IMG/VR virus record: IMGVR_UViG_3300021959_000353
Location: 1 to 25,255 of that record
Length of the DNA stretch: 25,255 nucleotides
Source of the DNA: a virus
Taxonomy: Duplodnaviria; Caudoviricetes
Direction: 5' to 3' (one strand)
Shown: piece after piece, positions 17,194 through 25,255 of the stretch
Layout: each line of letters opens with the position of its first letter
How positions within the stretch are numbered: the first letter of the stretch is position 1
Position numbers and translations under genes: made by a program
Notes under the pieces: model-generated
Told to the model about the DNA's origin: nothing
Databases searched by the model: none
Seen by the model: the letters and a program-made list of their open reading frames with translations, nothing else

Positions 17194-17511
17194 ATGGCGT
17201 TTAGATGGCCTAACAAAGACCCAGATGAAACACTTGACTATAGTGTTGATTGGTCACGTTTTCTAGGTGATAAAACAATATCAAGCGTTCAATGGTTTCT
17301 TAGAGATGAGAACCGTGTTATGCAAGAGATCACGGCTGGGCAAACTCTGAATAATATAACTATTACGTCTACGACTAATACTGATACAGTTGCGACAATA
17401 TATATTGCTGGTGGACTAAACAATGTTGACTATAAGTTTACCTGTCGTATAACTAACAACTTAGCTAATACTGTAGAGAGATCTATTAAAATAAGAATGC
17501 GGGAACAGTAA
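17194..17511 (+). CDS. Small beta-sandwich structural protein (KDPxExLDYxxDW type, fibre-tail adaptor-like)
   Basis: MAFRWPNKDPDETLDYSVDWSRFL, all-beta pattern ending YKFTCRIT...ERSIKI. SD AAGGA. Confidence 0.7.
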   Translation: MAFRWPNKDPDETLDYSVDWSRFLGDKTISSVQWFLRDENRVMQEITAGQTLNNITITSTTNTDTVATIYIAGGLNNVDYKFTCRITNNLANTVERSIKIRMREQ

Positions 17512-17512
17512 T

Positions 17513-18196
17513 ATGGCATACGACTTTTTAGGGATAGTTAACGACATAAACAGAAGGTCTAATGAGGTAGAGCTTACAACAGCTAACTTTGATACAGTTA
17601 CTGGTTATTACTCCGCTATTAAGGACTCTGTTAACTCATCAATTAACTTTATAAATCAACACGAATATGAGTGGCCTTTTAATCACTCTGAGGAAGAAGA
17701 GACACTTACAGCTAACATTGTTAGGTATTCCACTCCCGGGGATGCTAAGACTGTTGATTGGGATAGCTTTAGAATAGCGAGAAGTGCTACATTGGGTAAT
17801 GAAACAGTTAAATTAAAATTGATTTCATACGAAGAATATCTTGACAAATACGCAGATTACGAGTATAACTCTGAGTTAAAAGGTATGCCACGTTATGTGT
17901 TTCAAACACCTAGTAGAGAGTATGGGTTAGTACCTGCTCCAGACAAAGCTTACACTATCTTTTATGAGTATTACAGACTACCTGTCGATTTAGTTAACTC
18001 TACTGATGTACCTTCTTTACCAGAGTACTTTAGACACGTTATTGTAGACGGTGCTATGTACTACTTGTTTATGTTTAAGGGTGATATGCAAGCAGCTAAT
18101 GCCTTACAACAAAAGTTCCTTATGGGTATTAAACATTTAAGAAGTACTTTTATAAACAGAACAAACTACGTAAGAGACACTAGAGTACATTACTAA
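17513..18196 (+). CDS. Head-to-tail adaptor (tail tubular protein A-like)
   Basis: 227 aa with helical N-terminus, EWPFN, GMPRYV, PAPDKAYTI.YEYY and PSLPEYFRHVIVDGAMYY. Precedes the nozzle gene. Confidence 0.8.
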   Translation: MAYDFLGIVNDINRRSNEVELTTANFDTVTGYYSAIKDSVNSSINFINQHEYEWPFNHSEEEETLTANIVRYSTPGDAKTVDWDSFRIARSATLGNETVKLKLISYEEYLDKYADYEYNSELKGMPRYVFQTPSREYGLVPAPDKAYTIFYEYYRLPVDLVNSTDVPSLPEYFRHVIVDGAMYYLFMFKGDMQAANALQQKFLMGIKHLRSTFINRTNYVRDTRVHY

Positions 18197-19737
18197 TGGC
18201 TATACAGTATCAAACATTTCCTATAGAATTTAAAGGGGGTCTTATTTCAAACCTAAGCCCTCTTCAACAGGGTGTGAATGCTGTAGGATCAGCCTCTATT
18301 TTAGAGAACTTTGAACCATCTACAAGTGGGGGGTACTCTAAAGTAAAAGGTTTTACTAAGTTTGATACAACAGTTTTACCGGGGTCAGGGGATGTTTTAC
18401 TTACTAAGGTATTAGGTCTTAACTTTGTTTTAGCGGCTAGGGCTGATGGTGGTGTTACTAAATACTACGAAAGTCAAGGAAGTGGGTGGACTTTAAGAGG
18501 AACCGCTGCTTCTTTAGGCCAAAGAGTTCGTTTTGTTGATGTCACATTGGGCGGTAAAAAGAAAACTATATTAGTGGATGGAGTTAACTTTCCATCTATT
18601 TATAATGACACTGATGACACCTTTACTTTTTTATCAGCTTCTAACTCTCCAGACATTGCTGCATCATCAGATACAGAGTTCTTTAAAAATCATTTTTTCT
18701 TTGCTAGTGGTGCTAACCTTGTATTCAGCGCCCCCTTTGATGAAACAGATTTTTCTGCAGCTAATGGTGCTGGTAGCCTTTCTCTAGGTTCTGAAATAGA
18801 GGGCTTAAAAGTATTTAGAGATCAGCTTATAATTTTTACTAAAAGGTCTATACATAAGCTTGTCGGTAATAGTGTTTCAGATTTTAATTTATCTCCTATA
18901 ACACTGGATATTGGTTGTACTGCAAAAGAGACTATTCAAGAAGTTGGTGGAGATATTATGTACCTATCCTCTGATGGGATTAGGTTATTATCTGCTACTG
19001 ATAGAATTGGTGATTTCGGTTTAGCTGTTGCATCTGCCCCTATTAAAAAAGATACAGAGTATTTTCTAAAACTTGCTAATAATTTTTCCTCTTTAGTTAT
19101 AAGGGAAAAAGCCCAGTATAGAATATTTGGTTATAACGCAGCTACTCCCTCAGACTTATCACCCGGACTACTTGCAACAAAGTTTTCCGCTCAAGGCGCA
19201 GACTCTATAGCTTGGGCTACATTAAGGGGGATGAAGGTAAACGTATCTGACAGCCAAATTACTGGAAACTCTGAAACTATCGTATTTGGTAATGACTCAG
19301 GATACGTTTATAAGATGGAGTTTGGATCTAGTTTTGACTCTGAAAACATAAGGTGTGTTTATGAATCTCCTTATATGCCCATTCAAGATCCTCAAATAAG
19401 AAAAACTTTTTACAGAGTTACTACCTATGTAGAACCCACAGCCGTACTTAGTTTAGATATAAACTTATCATATGATTTTGCTGGTCAAGGAAAAGGTACT
19501 ACGATTGATCCCCCTACAAGCACTCTTGTAAGTACGGCGGGTGCAGTATCTTTATATGGCGCTCCGACTTCTATTTACAATACATCTACCTATGGTAGTT
19601 TTGCTGACAGGATTTATGAAACATTTGCGCTAGGTAGTGGTAAGACGGTTTCAATTAGGTATGAAGATGACTCTACTAACCCAACATTTAAATTAGACAC
19701 TGCAGTGTTAGAATTTAGAACTAACGAAAGACAGTAA
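18196..19737 (+). CDS. Tail nozzle / tail tubular protein B-like
   Basis: 513 aa, beta-rich, with FKGGL at the N-terminus, IEGLKVFRDQLIIF and DIGCTAKETIQEVGGDIMYLSSDGIR. TAATG-coupled to the adaptor. Confidence 0.8.
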   Translation: MAIQYQTFPIEFKGGLISNLSPLQQGVNAVGSASILENFEPSTSGGYSKVKGFTKFDTTVLPGSGDVLLTKVLGLNFVLAARADGGVTKYYESQGSGWTLRGTAASLGQRVRFVDVTLGGKKKTILVDGVNFPSIYNDTDDTFTFLSASNSPDIAASSDTEFFKNHFFFASGANLVFSAPFDETDFSAANGAGSLSLGSEIEGLKVFRDQLIIFTKRSIHKLVGNSVSDFNLSPITLDIGCTAKETIQEVGGDIMYLSSDGIRLLSATDRIGDFGLAVASAPIKKDTEYFLKLANNFSSLVIREKAQYRIFGYNAATPSDLSPGLLATKFSAQGADSIAWATLRGMKVNVSDSQITGNSETIVFGNDSGYVYKMEFGSSFDSENIRCVYESPYMPIQDPQIRKTFYRVTTYVEPTAVLSLDINLSYDFAGQGKGTTIDPPTSTLVSTAGAVSLYGAPTSIYNTSTYGSFADRIYETFALGSGKTVSIRYEDDSTNPTFKLDTAVLEFRTNERQ

Positions 19738-19749
19738 GGACAAACTAAA

Positions 19750-21498
19750 ATGGCAGGATATACAAGACAAGATACTACAGGTCAGATAGCTAATGGTGAA
19801 GCTATTGATGCTGATGACATTAACGCTGAGTTTATCGCTCTTCAAACTGCTTTCACTGGTGCATCTGGTCATAATCACGATCCTAGTTTATCTGACTCAG
19901 GAGCGCCTATTGAGAAGGTTGGCCCTGCAGGACAAATTACGGTAAACTCAACTCAAGTGTTACCTAATGGTGATAACACTATAGATCTTGGTGGTTCAAC
20001 GTCTAGTGCCAGATTTAAAAATGGTAGATTTGGCTCTACTGTCTCAGCGGCTACTCTTGATGGGGATACTGTAGTAGCTGGTAGTAGTGGTTATATGACC
20101 CTTACAGATAATGAGTTAGATGTTTCATCAGGTAACCTTCTTGTAGATGTCGCTGGTGATATAACATTAGATGTAGCTGGCGGTAACATTCTTCTAAAAG
20201 ATGCAGGTTCTGACTTTGGTAGTTTAAATAATGCATCTGGCAATATGACTATCAGATCTGGTACTACAGATGCGGTGGTATTTAGTGATGCTAATGCTGA
20301 CTTTCAAGGTACTCTAGATGTAACACTTGCTGCAACTTTAGATAACGATTTAACTGTTGCTGGTAATGTATCTTTTAGCAATGCTACTAATACTGGTTTG
20401 TTTGCTGTAACTCCCCCCTCTACTTTTACAGGTACAGTGACAGGTAACGGTGGTTTCTCAGGATTACTAACAGGTAACGTAAACGGTGACGTATTAGCTA
20501 CAGATGGAACCGTAGTTCTTCAGAATGGTACAGATGGGTCAGATGCTGCACTAACTGGTACAGTCTCAAGTCTATCTAATCACGACACTGATGATTTATC
20601 AGAAGGTTCTACTAATCTTTACTATACGTCTACTAGGGCAGATACTGCAGCAAAAGGTGCTATCTCTGTTACGGACTCTGGTGGTGACGGTTCTTTAGCT
20701 TATGACAGTAGTACAGGTGCTATTACTTACACTGGGCCAAGTGCTACAGATACTAGAGCGCATTTCAGTGGTGGAACTGGTGTATCTATTACTGATGGAG
20801 AGGTTGCGATTGGTCAGGCAGTAAGTACAACTGATGATGTAACTTTTAATAATCTCACATTAGACGGTGATCTTACTGTAGGTGGTACTACAACAACAGT
20901 GAACAGTACAACTGTAACTGTAGCTGATCCTATTTTTACACTAGGTGGTGATACCGCACCTACTGCAGATGATAACAAAGATCGTGGTATTGAGTTTAAC
21001 TGGCATAATGGAACCGATGCTAAACTAGGTTTCTTTGGTTTCGATGATAGTGAAGGTAAATTTACCTTTATACCAGATGCAACAAACAGTAGTGAAGTTT
21101 TTACTGGTACTGCAGGTACTGTTGTCGCCTCTACTTTCGAAGGAGATTTGACCGGGGATGTAACTGGAACAGTTAGTGATTTAAGTAATCAGGACACTGA
21201 TAGTTTATCAGAAGGCTCTAGTAATCTTTATTTTACAGACGATAGAGTTACAACTCCAGCTAGAGAGGCTTTATCAGCTAGTGGCGGTATATCTTATAAT
21301 AGTTCTACTGGTGCTTTTTCCACTGACCCTAACTCAACCGTACAAGCCTCTAAACTTGACTTAGGCACTTGGGAAATTCAACAGTCAGGAACTTCTCTAA
21401 AATTTCTTACTGGTGGCACCTGTAGGATGCAACTAGATTCTAATGGTAACCTTACTGTAGAAGGCAATATAACTGCTTATGGCGCTCTAACACCTTAA
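19750..21498 (+). CDS. Tail fibre protein
   Basis: MAGYTRQ N-terminal anchor, G/T/D-rich beta repeats, two DTDxLSEGSxNLYxT repeats, and C-terminal GNLTVEGNITAY. Confidence 0.85.
   Translation: MAGYTRQDTTGQIANGEAIDADDINAEFIALQTAFTGASGHNHDPSLSDSGAPIEKVGPAGQITVNSTQVLPNGDNTIDLGGSTSSARFKNGRFGSTVSAATLDGDTVVAGSSGYMTLTDNELDVSSGNLLVDVAGDITLDVAGGNILLKDAGSDFGSLNNASGNMTIRSGTTDAVVFSDANADFQGTLDVTLAATLDNDLTVAGNVSFSNATNTGLFAVTPPSTFTGTVTGNGGFSGLLTGNVNGDVLATDGTVVLQNGTDGSDAALTGTVSSLSNHDTDDLSEGSTNLYYTSTRADTAAKGAISVTDSGGDGSLAYDSSTGAITYTGPSATDTRAHFSGGTGVSITDGEVAIGQAVSTTDDVTFNNLTLDGDLTVGGTTTTVNSTTVTVADPIFTLGGDTAPTADDNKDRGIEFNWHNGTDAKLGFFGFDDSEGKFTFIPDATNSSEVFTGTAGTVVASTFEGDLTGDVTGTVSDLSNQDTDSLSEGSSNLYFTDDRVTTPAREALSASGGISYNSSTGAFSTDPNSTVQASKLDLGTWEIQQSGTSLKFLTGGTCRMQLDSNGNLTVEGNITAYGALTP
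20554..21237 (+). repeat. Imperfect ~75-bp direct repeat pair inside the tail fibre gene (20554-20628 and 21163-21237)
   Basis: Copies encode TGTVSSLSNHDTDDLSEGSTNLYYT and TGTVSDLSNQDTDSLSEGSSNLYFT. They share GACACTGAT..TTTATCAGAAGG.TCTA.TAATCTTTA and are offset by 609 nt. Confidence 0.85.
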
Positions 21499-21509
21499 AG
21501 GACTAAGTA

Positions 21510-22271
21510 ATGGCATTACCTTCATCAGGAGCTATCTCTCTTAATCAGATGCACGTAGAGGCAGCTGGGTCAGGTGTAAGTGGAACTACTGTTTCACTTA
21601 ATGATTCTGATATAAGAGGTTTAATTAGTAAAGGTTCTGCAACAGGTATGAACTTTGCTGAATGGTATGGTAGTAACTCAGTTGAGTCTGTCTCCTTCGA
21701 TGTAATCGGCGGTGGTGGCGGCGGCGGTGGCGGTATGCATAACGGCGGCAACACTGGGGGTCTAGTTGACGGTGGTAATGGCGGTAACAGTAGTTTTACT
21801 ATTACTCACTCAGGTACCACTCTTTTAGGAAGAACTTCTACTGGTGCCACAGGTGGCGCTGCAAGCTCTCTCAACCATAGCGGTGATAGTAGTGGTGAGG
21901 CTAGTGCATTTGGTGCTGGTGGCGCTGACTCCAATAAGCAACAAAACGGATTTGCTGCTCCTGCAACATCGTATGGCGCAGGTGGCGGTGGCGGTGGAGG
22001 CCGTAGACAAACAAACTTCTTTGGTTCAGTATACAACACAGACCCCGCTGGTGCTGGGGGTTCTGCGGCAGACAGAAATCAAGGTACTTCCTCAGTTAAT
22101 ATCTATACAGGATCAGTATTAACTATTGTAGTAGGCGCTAAAGGTACTGGTGGTGTTGATCCCAACGGTGGTACAACTGGTGCTAATGGTGCTACTGGAA
22201 GAGTTTCTATTACTGTAGGTGGGTCAACTTACACTTATACTAACCCCGGAACATATACGGTAAACTTATAA
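21510..22271 (+). CDS. Glycine-rich fibre-tip adhesin (gp38-like architecture)
   Basis: MALPSSGAISLNQMHVE N-domain followed by several Gly-rich tracts (IGGGGGGGGG, GAGGGGGGG) separated by variable loops. Directly follows the tail fibre. Confidence 0.7.
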   Translation: MALPSSGAISLNQMHVEAAGSGVSGTTVSLNDSDIRGLISKGSATGMNFAEWYGSNSVESVSFDVIGGGGGGGGGMHNGGNTGGLVDGGNGGNSSFTITHSGTTLLGRTSTGATGGAASSLNHSGDSSGEASAFGAGGADSNKQQNGFAAPATSYGAGGGGGGGRRQTNFFGSVYNTDPAGAGGSAADRNQGTSSVNIYTGSVLTIVVGAKGTGGVDPNGGTTGANGATGRVSITVGGSTYTYTNPGTYTVNL

Positions 22272-22519
22272 TGTCTGACTTTACACCAGAACAGTTAGAA
22301 GAAATGCTTGACAGAGCTGCTAAGAAGGGCGCTAGACAAGCCTTGTGTGATTTAGGCTTATCTGATATGGATGCAGCTAGTGACATTAAAGAGCTACGTA
22401 GTTTGTTGGACTCTTGGAGAGACACAAAGAAAAGTATTTGGAAAACTTTAGTACAATTAGGAACAGTTGCAGTACTGACATTCATAGCTACTGCCGTATG
22501 GATGCAAGTAGGCAAGTAA
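22271..22519 (+). CDS. Small membrane protein, putative holin/lysis protein
   Basis: 82 aa with a soluble helical N-terminus and one C-terminal hydrophobic segment (LVQLGTVAVLTFIATAVWM). Confidence 0.55.
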   Translation: MSDFTPEQLEEMLDRAAKKGARQALCDLGLSDMDAASDIKELRSLLDSWRDTKKSIWKTLVQLGTVAVLTFIATAVWMQVGK

Positions 22520-22530
22520 GGAAAAAATAG

Positions 22531-24636
22531 ATGGCAAAACGTTTCTTAGGATTTACACCAGAGCAGAGAGGCAAGATTGTGCCTGAGTTAGCTGGTATGC
22601 AAGGTGATGAACAGCGTAGAGTTATTGCATCTAATCCTGCTTATCAAGCTAAACTAGGTAATGCAACAGAGCAAGCTATGCGTGTTTTAAACCCTCAACC
22701 AGTTAAAGCTAATAATGGTATGTATGTAAAAGGTTTTAACGAGGGTGGACAAGCTAAACTAGATGCCGCACAGAAACGTGTGGCTGATGCTCAAGAAGCT
22801 TTACAGGCCGCTAGAGATGCTCAAGCCGCTAATCCAGAAGATGCATCTCTAGTAACAAAGGTCACTGAGGCTGAGACTAGGTTAAGAAATGCCCAAGAAG
22901 CTCTTCAAGGTGCAGAGACTTCATTTAAAACTACTGAGATGCCCTCTAATGTGGAGATGACATCTGCAGCCATAAATGATCCTGAGTCTTTAACTACTAA
23001 AACAGACGTAGAGAAGATAGCTACAGATGATAAACAAACCATTGCTGAGGGCACTGGTGAGGTTGGAGATGCTGAGAAGGCAACTGCAACAACTGCAGAA
23101 ACAGAAGCAGACGTAGTAGCCCCAGAAAAGAAATCCGCCCCTACAGTTGAAGCCGTTACAGTTACAGATGAGGTTCAGAAAACTTTAGATTCCTTAACTG
23201 CAGCAACTGGGCTACCTAGTGACGAGGCTCTAGCTAAAGCTGCGACTATGAACCCTGATGAGTTAGCTCAACTAGGTTTAACTGCAGCACAGATTACAGC
23301 CGCACAAACAGTTAAGGCACCTGATAAACGTAAGGTAGAAGACGGTGAGATGATCTCAGGATCTTCTGTCGATATGGATCGTGTAAAGGAAGAGACAAGC
23401 TTTGAGGCGGCTACAGGCGCACCCTCTTCTGATGCTACAGTCCAAGGCCAGTTAAGCGGTCTTATGGAAGACTTTGAAGGTAAGAACCCACCAGCTTGGG
23501 CTGCAGGAGCTATGAGAGCGGCATCAGCGGCACTAGCGGCTAGGGGTCTTAGTTCTTCTAGTATGGCTGGTATGGCTATTGTACAGGCGGCAATGGAGAG
23601 CGCTATTCCTATAGCTTCTCAGGATGCTAAGACTGCAGCAAGCTTTGAGTTACAGAATTTATCTAATAAGCAACAGTCTGCTATGTTTGCTGCACAGCAA
23701 CGTGCTGAGTTTCTCAACCTAGAGTTTAACCAAGAGTTTCAGACTCGTGTAGCTAATGCAGCTAAGATCTCTGATATAGCTAATATGAACTTCACTGCAG
23801 AGCAACAGATTGCTTTAGAGAATGCCCGTCTAGCTCAGTCAGTAGACCTAGCTAACTTAGATGCAGCTAATGCTAAGGTGTTGTCTGATGCTGCAGCAAT
23901 GACTCAGATGGACACAGCTAATTTAAATAACCGTCAACAGGCGGCTATACAGCAAGCTAATGCATTCCTACAGATGGATATGCAGAACTTAGAGAATGAG
24001 CAACAGACTAATGTATTTAAGGCCCAACAACGTGCTAATGCTTTGTTGTCTGACCAAGCAGCTGAAAATGCGGCTAAACAGTTTAACGCATCTAATAAGA
24101 TACAGGTTGACCAGTTCTATGATAATCTAAGTTCATCACTTAGTATGTTTAACTCTGAACAAGCTAATGCTCAGAATAGGTTTAATGCTGGTGAAACAAA
24201 CGCTATTGAGCAGTTCAATAAGAAGATGGTAGATGAGCGTGAAAGATTCAATGCTAGTAACCAGCTTATAATTGAGCAAGCTAATGCGTCGTGGTATCAA
24301 ACAGTTGCCACTATAGATACTGCAGCAACCAATGAAGCTAATCGTGCGGATGCGGCGGCTGCAACTAATATGACAGCCTTAGCGTTTAGTGCTATGATGC
24401 AAGAGACTAGGGATATGATGAGTTATGCTTGGCAGTCTGCTAACAATGATGCGGATAGAGCAACCCAGCTTGCTATTGCACAACTATCATCAGAGGATGC
24501 TAAACAGGCAGCAAGTGCTGCTAAATCTTCTGGTTTTTGGGGCGCTATGGGTAATTTTGGTAGTGCCGTTATCGAAGGTTATTTGGGTAATAGGTTCAGA
24601 GGTAGGAACCCCATCACTGGTGAAAGGGACGGATAA
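22531..24636 (+). CDS. Internal virion (DNA ejection) protein
   Basis: 701 aa, Ala/Gln/Asn-rich and helical. It has AARGLSSSSMAG, repeated (Q/R)FNA and an amphipathic C-terminal GFWGAMGNFGSAVIEGYLG. Lies after the tail genes, as in podoviruses. Confidence 0.7.
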   Translation: MAKRFLGFTPEQRGKIVPELAGMQGDEQRRVIASNPAYQAKLGNATEQAMRVLNPQPVKANNGMYVKGFNEGGQAKLDAAQKRVADAQEALQAARDAQAANPEDASLVTKVTEAETRLRNAQEALQGAETSFKTTEMPSNVEMTSAAINDPESLTTKTDVEKIATDDKQTIAEGTGEVGDAEKATATTAETEADVVAPEKKSAPTVEAVTVTDEVQKTLDSLTAATGLPSDEALAKAATMNPDELAQLGLTAAQITAAQTVKAPDKRKVEDGEMISGSSVDMDRVKEETSFEAATGAPSSDATVQGQLSGLMEDFEGKNPPAWAAGAMRAASAALAARGLSSSSMAGMAIVQAAMESAIPIASQDAKTAASFELQNLSNKQQSAMFAAQQRAEFLNLEFNQEFQTRVANAAKISDIANMNFTAEQQIALENARLAQSVDLANLDAANAKVLSDAAAMTQMDTANLNNRQQAAIQQANAFLQMDMQNLENEQQTNVFKAQQRANALLSDQAAENAAKQFNASNKIQVDQFYDNLSSSLSMFNSEQANAQNRFNAGETNAIEQFNKKMVDERERFNASNQLIIEQANASWYQTVATIDTAATNEANRADAAAATNMTALAFSAMMQETRDMMSYAWQSANNDADRATQLAIAQLSSEDAKQAASAAKSSGFWGAMGNFGSAVIEGYLGNRFRGRNPITGERDG

Positions 24637-24637
24637 A

Positions 24638-25255
24638 ATGAGCGAAGTACAATTTTCCTTTGATGCCCTAAGCTTTCTGCAAGAAGTTCTTCCAGAGCAA
24701 GAAGAGACTACACCCACAGAGTCCATAATTAGTAGACCTACAGAGCCTAAACCTGTAGAAGCTAAAGATGAAAACCAAACAATGCTACAAGACTTTGCTC
24801 GCCTACAGGCTGACCAGTATGACTTGAAGAGTATGAAGAAAGCCCCACCTGTAAAATCTAACCTTATTCAAGACTACTTAGATAACTTGGATATGTTCTA
24901 CAAAGATGAGCAGATGAATGAAGCTATCAATAGCGCTCTGATGGAAGCAACTAGACCCCCTATAGGGCAACTATCAGAGACAGCTAGGACTGCTATGTTC
25001 AGTGGTGCTGATATGCAGGGTGCTGATCTGACTATGAGAGATAACGCTAGGGAAGCTCAGGATGTAGTTCAGCCTATGGTCACACCTGTCTCTAGAGGTA
25101 GACAGCCAGAGATGGCAGACAGCCCAGCGCCTGTTGATGCACCTAGTATAGATGCTCGTAGTAATGAGATGCTAGAGAAGCCTAAAGGTATTATGAATAG
25201 ACCTGTAGCGGAAGCTCTGACAGATGATGATATGGGTTTGCCAGAAAGTAGATCT
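24638..25255 (+). CDS. Probable internal virion protein, N-terminal part (3'-truncated; not in ORF track)
   Basis: ATG 24638 is 1 nt after the previous stop. The frame stays open for 206 codons to the window end (MSEVQFSFDALSFLQEVLPEQEE...). Acidic and Pro-rich. Confidence 0.75.
   Translation, partial: MSEVQFSFDALSFLQEVLPEQEETTPTESIISRPTEPKPVEAKDENQTMLQDFARLQADQYDLKSMKKAPPVKSNLIQDYLDNLDMFYKDEQMNEAINSALMEATRPPIGQLSETARTAMFSGADMQGADLTMRDNAREAQDVVQPMVTPVSRGRQPEMADSPAPVDAPSIDARSNEMLEKPKGIMNRPVAEALTDDDMGLPESRS

Noticed and set aside
210-22122. Short alternative-frame + strand ORFs (210-419, 6226-6459, 8833-9057, 9591-9863, 10236-10466, 11776-11964, 12436-12639, 12674-12895, 18578-18787, 21844-22122)
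   Set aside because: They overlap longer genes with recognisable motifs, are mostly Leu/Val-rich off-frame reads, and have no independent support.
23209-23237. GGGCTACCTAG...CTAGCT resembling the CUAC/CC element (also GCTACCCTAG at ~3648)
   Set aside because: Both are inside coding sequence, lack the opposing CC and outer stem, and are not near a start codon, so they are probably chance.
376-24726. All minus-strand ORFs in the track (e.g. 376-675, 6065-6442, 8561-8902, 9905-10279, 16427-16753, 21545-22039, 22240-22515, 24490-24726)
   Set aside because: They lie opposite well-supported + strand genes and read as antisense shadows of biased codons (poly-Pro opposite poly-Gly, Ser/Phe opposite Glu/Lys).

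Overview
Virion-morphogenesis region of a tailed dsDNA phage with podovirus-type gene order. All credible genes are on the + strand, many coupled by TAATG/ATGA overlaps. Order: terminase large subunit (cut off at the left edge), portal, small protein, 903-aa modular protein, scaffold, major capsid protein, a ~9.3-kb fibre/adhesin block, head-tail adaptor, nozzle, tail fibre, Gly-rich tip adhesin, putative holin, and internal (ejection) proteins (cut off at the right edge). The capsid sequence and gene order recall HMO-2011-type marine alphaproteobacterial podoviruses (from memory, not searched). Two observations stand out. (1) An RNA internal-loop motif (5'-CUAC-3' opposite 5'-CC-3', flanked by covarying stems) occurs once in the scaffold leader and twice, head-to-head, in the capsid leader, suggesting shared post-transcriptional control of head genes. 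(2) A compositionally distinct cassette encodes a stalk protein, three paralogous six-bladed Kelch-like propeller proteins and two companion genes, and looks like a swappable multi-headed adhesin system.
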